DNA of 64,000 bases from a bacterium (GTDB lineage: Bacteria; Hydrothermota; Tepidihabitantia; Tepidihabitantales; Tepidihabitantaceae): the NCBI GenBank assembly GCA_039793395.1, contig JBAMLV010000008.1, positions 10,196 through 74,195 of the forward strand, read 5' to 3'. The notes under the pieces were generated by a model, which did no database searches, was not told the origin of the DNA, and worked only from the letters and a program-made list of their open reading frames with translations. Below are positions 37,915 through 46,315 of the stretch, in pieces. The first letter of the stretch is position 1; each line of letters opens with the position of its first letter. The position numbers were made by a program, and so were the translations under genes.

Positions 37915-37950
37915 TTGACTTGGCACCGGGTCTGTTTATTTTATCTTAAT
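37915..37950 (+). promoter_or_regulatory. Sigma-70-like promoter for tRNA-Leu (TTGACT -16/17- TATTTT)
   Basis: ttgact at 37915-37920. tatttt about 37937-37942, 8 nt before the tRNA 5' end. Confidence 0.45.
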
Positions 37951-38034
37951 GCCGAGGTGGCGGAAATGGCAGACGCGCTAGCCTCAGGAGTTAGTGGGGA
38001 AACCCATGGGGGTTCAAATCCCCCCCTCGGCACC
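37951..38034 (+). tRNA. tRNA-Leu (anticodon CAG), encoded CCA
   Basis: Acceptor GCCGAGG/CCTCGGC. U8. Anticodon stem CTAGC/GTTAG with loop CTCAGGA. Long variable arm (TGGG-AAA-CCCA). T-arm GGGGG-TTCAAAT-CCCCC. 3' ACCA. One-nt ambiguity at the ends. Confidence 0.75.
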
Positions 38035-38039
38035 ACCGC

Positions 38040-38229
38040 AACCTAAAATTACCTGCCCGTCATTCGCTTCGTTGCTTGCTCCTCAGCGCCCGCCTTTTCT
38101 GTCATCCCGAGCCTTTCCGGTTCGGTCAATGCGCGCCTCTTTTACTCTTGTGTCATTGCGAGCGAAGCGAAGCAACCCCCCAAAGCGGCAGGGATTGCCA
38201 CGGCTCCTTTAAAGCCGCGCAATGACACG
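38040..38229. repeat. Array of about 4 degenerate or inverted copies of the dispersed palindromic repeat immediately 3' of tRNA-Leu
   Basis: gtcattcgcttcgttgcttgc..., tgtcatcccgagcctttccggttcggtcaatgcgcgc, tgtcattgcgagcgaagcgaagcaacc, gggattgccacggctcctttaaagccgcgcaatgacacg. Generates spurious ORFs 37994..38212 and 38209..38403. Confidence 0.7.
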
Positions 38230-38308
38230 CGGAGAAGTTACCGCGCTCTGCGACAGTGAAAAAGACCTGGTGGCGAACAGGGGGAATGAGTACACTGACA
38301 GCACGCCG

Positions 38309-39025
38309 TCAGATTTTGCCGAGCATCCGCTGCAGTCGCAACCGGAGCACAAGGAAAAATGCCCGCCAGATAATCCGCCGCGACATCTTAGAAACACCGG
38401 CACGCCGTTCGGTGAAAATTATTGGAATTTCTTTAATTCTGCCCCCCTTACGCCAGATGAGAAAATCAATCTCAATCTGAAAGCCGTAACCGTCCTCCCT
38501 GAGCCGGGAAAGGTCCAGCCGCCGAAGCATTTCACACCGGTAAGCCTTGAACCCCGCGGTCAGGTCCCGAACCGGACAGCCGGTCACCTTGCGGGCATAA
38601 AGGCAGGCAAAGTAGGAGAGGAGCAGCCGCTTCATCGGCCAGTTGACAATTGAAATACCGTTAGAATAACGGGAACCGATCACCAGGTCATAGTCCTTGA
38701 GCAGGGAGACCATCTCCGGTATCTTCTCCGGCGGGTGGGAGAAATCGGCATCCATCTCAAAGCAGTAGTCGTAGCCGTGCTCAAGCGCATACTTAAATCC
38801 GAGGACATAGGCGGTGCCGAGCCCAAGCTTCTTCTCCCGGCGCACGAGTTTTACCCGCGGATTTTCCCGGGCAAGCTGCTCAACGATGTCACCGGTGCGA
38901 TCCGGTGAATTGTCATCAATCACCAGAATATCCAGTTCTGGTGACTGGCTGAGCACTACCGGAATAATCTGCTCAATATTACCCGCCTCATTATAGGTGG
39001 GCATTATCACCAGACCCCGGGCCAC
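38309..39025 (-). CDS. GT2 polyprenol/dolichol-phosphate mannosyltransferase (Dpm1-like)
   Basis: MPTYNEAGNIEQII...LVIDDNSPDRTGDIV...GLGTAYVLGF...EMDADFSHPP...LVIGSRY. Confidence 0.88.
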   Translation of the reverse strand: MARGLVIMPTYNEAGNIEQIIPVVLSQSPELDILVIDDNSPDRTGDIVEQLARENPRVKLVRREKKLGLGTAYVLGFKYALEHGYDYCFEMDADFSHPPEKIPEMVSLLKDYDLVIGSRYSNGISIVNWPMKRLLLSYFACLYARKVTGCPVRDLTAGFKAYRCEMLRRLDLSRLREDGYGFQIEIDFLIWRKGGRIKEIPIIFTERRAGVSKMSRRIIWRAFFLVLRLRLQRMLGKI

Positions 39026-39130
39026 GATGTTATAATAAGAATATATCTTCCCCTGTCAATCACGCTATCTTCAGCCAATTCACTCATTCCTTGGGTGTGC
39101 CGGCCGGAAAATCCCGACACTCAACCCCGC

Positions 39131-39556
39131 TCACGGCTGCGCGGCTGAATACCGGTTGATCCCCCGAATCATCAGCTTCATCCGGGAAATCTGCCCGGCA
39201 GGCCTCGGAGCCACAAACTTTACCCATTGCTCCTGATTTGCCTCCAGATTAACCTGGTGCCAGCCCCAGGGGTCGTCAAGCTGAACCCCGTTCTGGTCAT
39301 AAAACAGCATCTTCACCTTACCACCAATCGGCATATGCCAGCCGTTCTTTAAAAGCACACTGACCAGGAGCGCGCCGTCACTCTCCTCCTCCTTCACATC
39401 CAGCACCCGGATATCACCCGCCAGCACCGGATTATTGATCACCCAGCGCCGGCTTCCTGTCTCCCGGTTAATCCAGAGTGAGTTAATCGTCTGGGCACAC
39501 ACCGTTAGCAGCGATGCCGCCAGCACCAAACTTAACCACCGATTTATCCTTTTCAT
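39131..39556 (-). CDS. Secreted small protein, YcfL/DUF1425-like
   Basis: Signal peptide MKRINRWLSLVLAASLLTVCA. ...LLVSVLLKNGWHMPIGGKVKMLFYDQNGVQLDDPWGWHQV resembles the YcfL pattern. Confidence 0.45.
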   Translation of the reverse strand: MKRINRWLSLVLAASLLTVCAQTINSLWINRETGSRRWVINNPVLAGDIRVLDVKEEESDGALLVSVLLKNGWHMPIGGKVKMLFYDQNGVQLDDPWGWHQVNLEANQEQWVKFVAPRPAGQISRMKLMIRGINRYSAAQP

Positions 39557-39571
39557 CTAACACCTCCTTTT

Positions 39572-40750
39572 TTAATAGCCAAAAAATTCCTCTGCCAGAC
39601 CGGCGACAATGAAAAATGTCCGCTTACCGTTTGTCCGTCCGCGGCACATTCCGGCTCGGGGCTCGGCACCGGTCAGCGGATAATCACAGTAACCCTTCAT
39701 TTCTCCGGCACGGTTGTAAAACACCAGCCGGACCCGTTCTGTTTCCGCGGGCAGGCGCAGTCGAGCAAAGGAAAAGTTCAGGGGCGCATAACCCCAGGCA
39801 CGCACATCCCGGTTCTCGGACTCCTTGCCCAGGGTGATATCGGCAATGTCGTCGGCAAGTTCTTGGCCCTTGCCTGGAACCGCCCGGTCCAGCAGCAGCG
39901 CACCTAAAATCCGCAGCCCGAGCCGTGCCGCCTTTGCCCCGGCCTCCTGTGCCGCCTTCCTTGCCGCCTCTGCCCGACTGAGCCGCACCGGAAAACTGTC
40001 CATCAGCGCCGGCAGAACCGCAACCACCTGTTCCGTGTCCACCCGCACCTCGGTCCTGCCGATAACATCCGCGCTCTGATGCTCAACCTGAACAATCAGC
40101 TCCATCACGCCGGTATCGCCACTCTCCCCTTGCTCAACCTGCTGTATCAACTGCCGGCTAAGACCGGCAACCTCCGAACCGGAATCTGCCATTGCCGCCA
40201 GCGCCCGGTATTCAATCAGCGCATCATCCGGCTTGCCCAGCTGCTCATAAATCAAACCGAGATAGAAGTTGACAACCGGTAGTTGGGAGGCATCCTGGTC
40301 ATACTGGCGCAGCTTCTTGAACTCAACCAGCGCCGCTTCCGGATTATCCTGCATCAGATAGCATCGACCAAGATAGAAATGGACCAGTTCCCGTTCCCGT
40401 TTGCGCAGTTTGTAAACGGTGCGTGAGTCCACTACCAGCCAGTCGTAGATTTTCGCCGCCTCCGGCCTTTCCCCGGCATCTACTTTATAGGCGGCAAAGA
40501 ATGCCCGGCGCGCCGCATCTAAATTCAAATCGTAAAAAAGGCAGATTCCGTAACTCAGCAGCGAAAGGATATAGGAGCGATCCCGTTCCCGGAACTTCTT
40601 CTCCACCACCTGCCGGAACCTTTCGGCTGCCGGCCGGTAGACCAGCGCGGTAAAATAGCGGGGCTTTCCCGCCGGTTTGATTGCCGGTGCCGGTGGCAGA
40701 CAGCCGGCAATCAGCACCACCAGCAGCCCGACCGCCCGGCAAAGGCGCAT
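39572..40750 (-). CDS. TPR-containing lipoprotein
   Basis: Lipobox LIAGC. TPR-like helical repeats in the N-terminal half (HFYLGRCYLMQDNPEAALVEFKKL..., FYLGLIYEQLGKPDDALIEY). C-terminal beta-rich domain. Confidence 0.55.
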   Translation of the reverse strand: MRLCRAVGLLVVLIAGCLPPAPAIKPAGKPRYFTALVYRPAAERFRQVVEKKFRERDRSYILSLLSYGICLFYDLNLDAARRAFFAAYKVDAGERPEAAKIYDWLVVDSRTVYKLRKRERELVHFYLGRCYLMQDNPEAALVEFKKLRQYDQDASQLPVVNFYLGLIYEQLGKPDDALIEYRALAAMADSGSEVAGLSRQLIQQVEQGESGDTGVMELIVQVEHQSADVIGRTEVRVDTEQVVAVLPALMDSFPVRLSRAEAARKAAQEAGAKAARLGLRILGALLLDRAVPGKGQELADDIADITLGKESENRDVRAWGYAPLNFSFARLRLPAETERVRLVFYNRAGEMKGYCDYPLTGAEPRAGMCRGRTNGKRTFFIVAGLAEEFFGY

Positions 40751-40767
40751 TTTAACTATTCAGCCGC

Positions 40768-41346
40768 CTATTCGTACCAGGCTTTGGTGCTTTTCTTTTT
40801 CAACTCCTGCTCATCCGCCCAGACAATCTCCGAGGTCCGCACATCCACCAGCCGCATCGTCAGTTTGTAATAGGCAAGGGTGGTTGCCCCTCTGGTCTTC
40901 TCAATGCTCATCACATCACCGGTTAAAAAGTAGTCGGCACCAATCAGACTGCCCAATTTCACCGCCCCCTCAACATCAATCCGCTGTGTCTCCTGCAGGG
41001 CAATCTCCTTTGCCTGCTGCTTCAACAGCTCCCGGTCTACCATCCGGAATTTCCCTAATTTCAGCAACGCAACCATAATCTTCTCGGCAATCCCCTCGGT
41101 ATCAATGTGCTGGGAGGTCCGGTTACCGATGGCAAGAAACGCCAGCACCGGCCTGCCGGTATCGGACCGGGGTGGCAGTTTGAACTCGGCAAGGGACATT
41201 ACCATCTTCTCGGCGAGCAGTTTCATATCGGTATCCGAATAGGTGTAGTCCCATTCGGTTACCTCATCTGGCCGGACATAATGGGATGTTGAACAGCCCG
41301 GCATCAGCACCAGTCCCAGGGTGGCAATGTAATTCAACAGTTTCAT
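40768..41346 (-). CDS. LpoB/CsgG-like (TolB-N-like fold) lipoprotein, paralog 1
   Basis: Lipobox LMPGCS. VLAFLAIGNRTS...KIMVALLKLGKFRMVDRELLKQQAKEIALQETQRIDVEGAVKLGSLIGADYFLTGDV matches the CsgG/LpoB family consensus. Confidence 0.55.
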   Translation of the reverse strand: MKLLNYIATLGLVLMPGCSTSHYVRPDEVTEWDYTYSDTDMKLLAEKMVMSLAEFKLPPRSDTGRPVLAFLAIGNRTSQHIDTEGIAEKIMVALLKLGKFRMVDRELLKQQAKEIALQETQRIDVEGAVKLGSLIGADYFLTGDVMSIEKTRGATTLAYYKLTMRLVDVRTSEIVWADEQELKKKSTKAWYE

Positions 41347-41882
41347 TTCTGCTCCTTTTGTTTTTGCTCGGGCATCTTTAAACTTTCAATCATAAAACGG
41401 ACAAACTCCTGGGCGATTGCTCCCGCGCCAGTCCCGGAATCCGGCTCATAAAGCGCCCAGACCAGTACCTTATCCTCAGCCAGATCAACCAGCGAAAGCG
41501 AGACCGCCCGGATTCCCTCGCTGGTACAGGGGTGTTGGCCCCGGCTGCAGACCTGGCACCGGGCAATCACATTGCCGGTCAGCAGACAGTTGGCACCGAT
41601 TTTTCGGGCAAACTCCGGTGGTTTAAGCGGCGCAGACCGCTCAGTGCCAATCTCCTTTTCTCCGGGATAAACCACCCGGATACTCTCGGCAAGCACATTG
41701 ATTGTCAGGGCATCCTCAAGCAGTCGGGTGGTCGGGCGATCAATCCCGGAAAGGACCACCGCCACCGAGCCGATAATTGGCAGTTTACCCGGTGCGTCCG
41801 GATGCACAAAACTGGCAACCGGCTCCGGCTTTGCCGCAAAGAGCAGCGTTATGACCGCGCAAAGAAGCGAGTTCATCACCAC
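41343..41882 (-). CDS. LpoB/CsgG-like periplasmic protein, paralog 2
   Basis: Signal peptide. LPIIGSVAVVLSGIDRP...ARKIGANCLLTGNVIA...VSLSLVDLAEDKVLVWA parallels paralog 1. Start overlaps the next gene. Confidence 0.45.
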   Translation of the reverse strand: MVMNSLLCAVITLLFAAKPEPVASFVHPDAPGKLPIIGSVAVVLSGIDRPTTRLLEDALTINVLAESIRVVYPGEKEIGTERSAPLKPPEFARKIGANCLLTGNVIARCQVCSRGQHPCTSEGIRAVSLSLVDLAEDKVLVWALYEPDSGTGAGAIAQEFVRFMIESLKMPEQKQKEQK

Positions 41883-41891
41883 CTCCTGTTT

Positions 41892-43046
41892 TTACTCAAT
41901 AAATTTTATCTCAATCCGGTTCCCGCTCCAGCCAATAATTTCAAACCGGACCACAAACCCGGGCTTACCCAGCCCGGCCAGGATTTCCGAACTCGGGGTT
42001 TCGGACACCACCTCCAGCACCGCCTCATCACCGCTCAGTTCCCGGCTGATGACCTGCTTTATCCCCCGCACCCGGGTGCGTAACTCCGAGCCGAGCCCTG
42101 CCACCTTTTGATAACTGGCATTCCGGCAGAAAATCTGGGTGATGTTTTCCCGGCGCTGCCACCGCTGGAGAATTGAGCTGAGCAGCGCATCCGCACTGCT
42201 CTCAACACAACCCTTCAGCGCCTCATCCCGGCTGAACGGCACCACCTGCATTTGGGACGAACCACCAAGCACCTCGCCGGTCAGCAGGTCAACCGCCCGC
42301 AAATTCAGACTCACCCTGTAAAAATCGGCCTCGGCCTGCTGATAAGGACCTTTTTTCCGCTCCTGCGCCATCGCCAGTTGTCCGAAAATCCCGATTTCCG
42401 CCCCGGTCCGCAAACCGGCACGCAGTGCTGCCGCGGTATCACCGGCAATCAGCCGCTGCCGCTGAACCGCATCAATATTCCTCTGCACCGTCCGCCGGTC
42501 CACCACCGGAAACCCCTTATCGGTAAAAATGGTCAGCAGCGCAGTTTCCGCACTCTCCACCTCGCCTGCCGGCGCATCCGACTCCAGCACAACCATCAAC
42601 CGCGGCCGGCCCTGCTCACTCACCAGCAACCCGATTGCTGCCAGGTCATCCTCAATCCGGTCGGTCTTCACCATTGCCCGCACCACCACCCGGTAGAGTT
42701 CCCCTTCCCGGCTTTCGGTTATCACCCGGTATGAGGACACATAACCAGTTGCCTGGGAATAAATCCGGTCGTCAAGCAGTTGAAAATTCTGCACCCGGGT
42801 TTCAGTATTGATAAAACTGCCAACCCCCTGCTCCACCGCCTTGCGCAGCGCATCCCGGAGCGCCTGGTCCCGGGCAATGTCCGGACTGCCGGTAAGGGCA
42901 GCAACCCCTTCGGCAAGCACCTCGGTTCCCTCACCCCCGCTCAACACCACCTCGGTCGGTTGTGGTGCCGAACCTGGAGCCTGATAACCCGGATGATAAC
43001 AGCCGGCAAACACCAGCCCCGCCACCACCAGAACCCGCCACCGCAT
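41892..43046 (-). CDS. Lipoprotein with two LPP20-like (FlgP-type) domains
   Basis: Lipobox VFAGCY. ARDQALRDALRKAVEQGVGSFINTETRVQNFQLLDDRIYSQATGYVSSYRVITESREGELYRVVVRAMV (LPP20 pattern). Second similar half. Confidence 0.5.
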   Translation of the reverse strand: MRWRVLVVAGLVFAGCYHPGYQAPGSAPQPTEVVLSGGEGTEVLAEGVAALTGSPDIARDQALRDALRKAVEQGVGSFINTETRVQNFQLLDDRIYSQATGYVSSYRVITESREGELYRVVVRAMVKTDRIEDDLAAIGLLVSEQGRPRLMVVLESDAPAGEVESAETALLTIFTDKGFPVVDRRTVQRNIDAVQRQRLIAGDTAAALRAGLRTGAEIGIFGQLAMAQERKKGPYQQAEADFYRVSLNLRAVDLLTGEVLGGSSQMQVVPFSRDEALKGCVESSADALLSSILQRWQRRENITQIFCRNASYQKVAGLGSELRTRVRGIKQVISRELSGDEAVLEVVSETPSSEILAGLGKPGFVVRFEIIGWSGNRIEIKFIE

Positions 43047-43055
43047 CCTGCGCTC

Positions 43056-44018
43056 CTATAACAGCAGCCGGACAATCAGCCGGCCCGCTTCATAAAGAAA
43101 CTTTGCACCATCCTTGAGCCATTTCAGTCGCTCCGCATCCTGCCTGGAAATCACAATATCACTGCCGAGCCGGCCCCGGACCGCCTTGATTTTAACCACC
43201 AGCGGCACCCGGCTGAACTCCGGCCGGTTAAGAATCTCATCCAGCTGGCGGATGTAATTCAGCATCGCCTGACCGCGCCCACCGGTGTAACGGTAAAGCT
43301 CCCTCGTATCCAGCAGCAGATTACCCTGCTCATCATAGATTTTGGGAAACAGCGCCGGCTTCAATCCGGTCTCACCCGCATCCAGCACCAGCCCGGAATA
43401 CTGACGGAAAAACTCCTGCACCGCCGGCGATACCTGAGCGCTCACCGCTTCCGCCTTGGATTCCAGTGCCGGTAGCAGCGCATCGGCAACACTCTGCGGT
43501 CCATCCAGACTCACCTCCAGTTCCACCTCCACCACCCCGGCTGCCGAATCGTATCTTGCCGGACCAGCCGGTCGTGCCCCCTTGACCACCCCTTCAACCC
43601 GGGTGTAAATTACATCATAACTGGTGACGAAATTCTCAACTCTGGTATCGGCATCAACCCGCACCCCCTTTATGATTTCCAGCAGATTCCGCTGCGCCAC
43701 CACCACTGCCGCCCGCTCCGCCATCACCCTTGCCCGGGACAGATTTTCATCTGCCGGGTCCAGCACCCCGGCACCGCGTGCCCGCACCACCCGTGCGCCC
43801 CAGTCAATCACTCCCCCGGGCACCGGCTCAACAATTTCACCCGGGGCGGCAATCGGACCGACCGGCATCGGTGCGGTCCAGCCCGAATCCCGGGGTAGGC
43901 GCGGCATCACCACCGGTTCGCTTACCGGACCTGATGCCGCCTTCACCCCGGCATTGGAACTGACGCACCCGACCGCCAGCACCAGCAACCCGAAACAAAC
44001 CAGTTCCCGCCACTTCAC
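43056..44018 (-). CDS. Lipoprotein with an LPP20-like domain
   Basis: Lipobox LAVGCV. ARVMAERAAVVVAQRNLLEIIKGVRVDADTRVENFVTSYDVIYTRVEGVVKGARP. Confidence 0.5.
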   Translation of the reverse strand: MKWRELVCFGLLVLAVGCVSSNAGVKAASGPVSEPVVMPRLPRDSGWTAPMPVGPIAAPGEIVEPVPGGVIDWGARVVRARGAGVLDPADENLSRARVMAERAAVVVAQRNLLEIIKGVRVDADTRVENFVTSYDVIYTRVEGVVKGARPAGPARYDSAAGVVEVELEVSLDGPQSVADALLPALESKAEAVSAQVSPAVQEFFRQYSGLVLDAGETGLKPALFPKIYDEQGNLLLDTRELYRYTGGRGQAMLNYIRQLDEILNRPEFSRVPLVVKIKAVRGRLGSDIVISRQDAERLKWLKDGAKFLYEAGRLIVRLLL

Positions 44019-44590
44019 TTGACACCTCCCTTTTCCAGCAGCGGCAGCAGTGCGGTCTGAATTGCCATCCGCAACGCATCCTCCGCCCCTTCAAAACTTG
44101 AACCCTGTCCCGCTGCCGAATAAAGCACCGCCCCATTCTCCACCCCGACAATCCGGACCATAACTTCAGCCTCCCGCTGCTCCGGCGAATCGGTGAAAAA
44201 CGGGTCGTGCTTCACCCTGCCAATCTTGATGCTCATAATCGCACTGGCACCCAGCAGTTTACCCAGCCGCACCGCACTCTGCGGATCAACCACCCCCGAA
44301 TAACCGAACTCCTGCTCCTTCAGCACCTCGTCAACCCGGGAACGGTCAACCACGACCAGGGTTGGAATTTTCATTAATTGCAACTCGGCAAACTCCCGCA
44401 GCGCCCCCTCATCACCGGTGTCCGAATTTCCGCCTGTGGGCGGCAGCACCGCAATCCGCCAGGTCCGGCTCAAATCAAACTCCGGCGCGATTGAAAACGG
44501 CTCTACCGCCTTGACCATTGCCGGGGTGCAGTTCACAATCAGCGCCCCGACGGCAATCAGCCCAAAAACAGCAATTCGCATAAGTCCCAT
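44015..44590 (-). CDS. LpoB/CsgG-like lipoprotein, paralog 3 (first gene of the cluster)
   Basis: Lipobox-like LIVNCT. RIAVLPPTGGNSDTGDEGALREFAELQLMKIPTLVVVDRSRVDEVLKEQEFGYSGVVDPQSAVRLGKLLGASAIMSIKIG. Confidence 0.55.
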   Translation of the reverse strand: MGLMRIAVFGLIAVGALIVNCTPAMVKAVEPFSIAPEFDLSRTWRIAVLPPTGGNSDTGDEGALREFAELQLMKIPTLVVVDRSRVDEVLKEQEFGYSGVVDPQSAVRLGKLLGASAIMSIKIGRVKHDPFFTDSPEQREAEVMVRIVGVENGAVLYSAAGQGSSFEGAEDALRMAIQTALLPLLEKGGVK

Positions 44591-45045
44591 AATCAGATTA
44601 TCCTGCTCATTTCTCTCCTGTCAACCCTGAACACCGCCCATAACCCGCCCCGAATCAAAACCCGGAACCGGGCTCAATACCCGATTGGCTATCCCTGACC
44701 CCGCGGTTAACCGGTTCCCACCGGCTTTGGTCCTGACCGCGCCCGTCAGCGCCATCTTCCCGCCCAGCCCGGAAACCATCATCCAGACACTCTCAACCAC
44801 CCCGCCCGAAACCGCAGATGATACCATCCCGGTGACCATCCCCGGGACTGTCCCCCCCCACCCCGGCTTATTGCCGGGTTAATTAATTAACTAATTGAAA
44901 TTACAATAGTTATATCATCAACCCCAAAATCGGGTGTTAAAAAATGCACCGCCGGTATCGAACTGATATCCAAAACCCGGAAGCAAATAGATTTACCGGT
45001 AAAAACCGCCGCCTGCCGGTGGCATCCCGGCAGACGATTCTGCTT

Positions 45046-45083
45046 GACAACTAAAAGACCGCTGATTATATTAAAATGGAGTT
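45046..45083 (+). promoter_or_regulatory. Sigma-70-like promoter for tRNA-Gly (TTGACA -17- TATATT)
   Basis: ttgacaactaaaagaccgctgattatatt, then aaaatggagtt, then the tRNA. Confidence 0.5.
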
Positions 45084-45154
45084 GCGGCCATAGCTCAGGG
45101 GTAGAGCCCCGGCTTCCCAAGCCGGTTACACGGGTTCGATTCCCGTTGGCCGCT
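45084..45154 (+). tRNA. tRNA-Gly (anticodon CCC), no encoded CCA
   Basis: Acceptor GCGGCCA/TGGCCGC. D-arm GCTC-AGGGGTA-GAGC. Anticodon stem CCGGC/GCCGG with loop TTCCCAA. T-arm ACGGG-TTCGATT-CCCGT. Discriminator T. Confidence 0.72.
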
Positions 45155-45173
45155 TTATATATTAAAAGCACAT

Positions 45174-45587
45174 ATGCCCTGGTTTGGTTATATCCATCCA
45201 CTGCTGGCAATCTTCACCCTCGGCTACGGTGTGACCATCGGTCAGCTGAGCCTTTCCCGGCTTGGCGACTGGGACTTTCCGCTGCGCCGCCTGCGTAAGC
45301 GCACGCTGGTCTATTTCCTGCTGACAGTTGTCAATGTTGGCATCGGCCTGCTCGTCAATACCCTGCTTGCCTCCCGGAGCCAGGGGGTGAAACTGCTCGC
45401 CCATCTGCCGCTTGCCATTGCCGTTTCGGTTCTTGCCCTGCTTGCTCTGCTCGTCACCTATGGCAGAAGCAGAAAACCCGGGGAACTGGCACCAAGTTTG
45501 CGCTGGTATCCGATGCTCATTGTTGCCAGTCTGGCGCTGATTATGACCATGGGCTTTACTGCCCTGCTCAAGGTGCTGAAAATCTGA
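45174..45587 (+). CDS. Small integral membrane protein (hypothetical)
   Basis: Four predicted TM helices (LLAIFTLGYGV..., VYFLLTVVNVGIGLLV..., LAIAVSVLALLALLV..., MLIVASLALIMTMGF). Confidence 0.45.
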   Translation: MPWFGYIHPLLAIFTLGYGVTIGQLSLSRLGDWDFPLRRLRKRTLVYFLLTVVNVGIGLLVNTLLASRSQGVKLLAHLPLAIAVSVLALLALLVTYGRSRKPGELAPSLRWYPMLIVASLALIMTMGFTALLKVLKI

Positions 45588-45691
45588 AACCCGCAGTCAG
45601 GCTCCGGCAAATCTATCATCGGCTGAAAAAATGCCACCGGCTGCGTTCCGCACCGGTCAGCCAGCTGCCTGATTATGACCCCTGGTCAATT

Positions 45692-46315
45692 TTGCTCGGC
45701 GCGGTCCTTTCCACCCGGACCCGTGACGAAACAACCGCTCAGGCGTTCCGCCGGCTTACCGCCGTGGCACCAACACCAGCCGCACTGGCAGGGCTGAAAA
45801 CCGGAGAAATCAGGCGCCTGATTTATCCGGTCGGCTTTTACCGGACAAAGGCAAGACTGCTCAAAAAACTGGCACAACAACTGCTCACCCATCATCACGG
45901 AAGCGTGCCCCGGACCCGTGCCGAACTGCTGCACCTCCCCGGGGTTGGACCAAAGGTTGCCAGCATTGTGCTCAGCCAGGCATTCGGCCTGCCGGTAGTT
46001 GCGGTTGATACCCATGTCCACCGACTCAGCAACCGGCTTGGTCTGGTCCGCACCACCCGACCGGAACAAACCGAGCGCCGGCTGAACGCCATTGTGCCCG
46101 AAGAACTCAAGGCCGAACTCAACCCCCTGCTGGTAGCACTTGGCCAGACAATCTGCCTGCCGCGCAACCCGCACTGTCCGGACTGCCCGCTGAAAAACCT
46201 CTGTCCCCAGCGCAGGGTCAGGGCTGCCAGAGATGGGCAAAAATCACCCGGTATGCCGGCTGATAAACCCGGCGGTAAATTTCAGAATGGACCGGCACTC
46301 CCCATTTGTCCCTGA
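45692..46315 (+). CDS. nth: Endonuclease III (HhH-GPD, 4Fe-4S)
   Basis: LLHLPGVGPKVASIVLSQAFG (HhH-GPD), VDTHVHRLSNRLGLV, Cys cluster CLPRNPHCPDCPLKNLC. The frame is open upstream with no ATG/GTG, so the annotated TTG start is uncertain. The 3' ~35 codons overlap a convergent ORF. Confidence 0.75.
   Translation: MLGAVLSTRTRDETTAQAFRRLTAVAPTPAALAGLKTGEIRRLIYPVGFYRTKARLLKKLAQQLLTHHHGSVPRTRAELLHLPGVGPKVASIVLSQAFGLPVVAVDTHVHRLSNRLGLVRTTRPEQTERRLNAIVPEELKAELNPLLVALGQTICLPRNPHCPDCPLKNLCPQRRVRAARDGQKSPGMPADKPGGKFQNGPALPICP

Noticed and set aside
37921-37940. TGGCAC at 37921 as a possible sigma-54 -24 element (also scanned intergenic regions genome-window-wide).
   Set aside because: No TTGC at the -12 spacing. 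The hexamer is better explained as spacer of the tRNA-Leu sigma-70 promoter. No convincing sigma-54 promoter found by eye.
37994-38403. ORFs 37994..38212, 38209..38403 and the 5' part of 38222..38653.
   Set aside because: They overlap tRNA-Leu and the repeat array (peptides ...VSLRAKRSNPPKRQGLPRL). The 38222..38653 ORF also runs antisense to the GT2 gene.
44887-45210. 107-aa minus-strand ORF.
   Set aside because: Overlaps the tRNA-Gly gene and its promoter.
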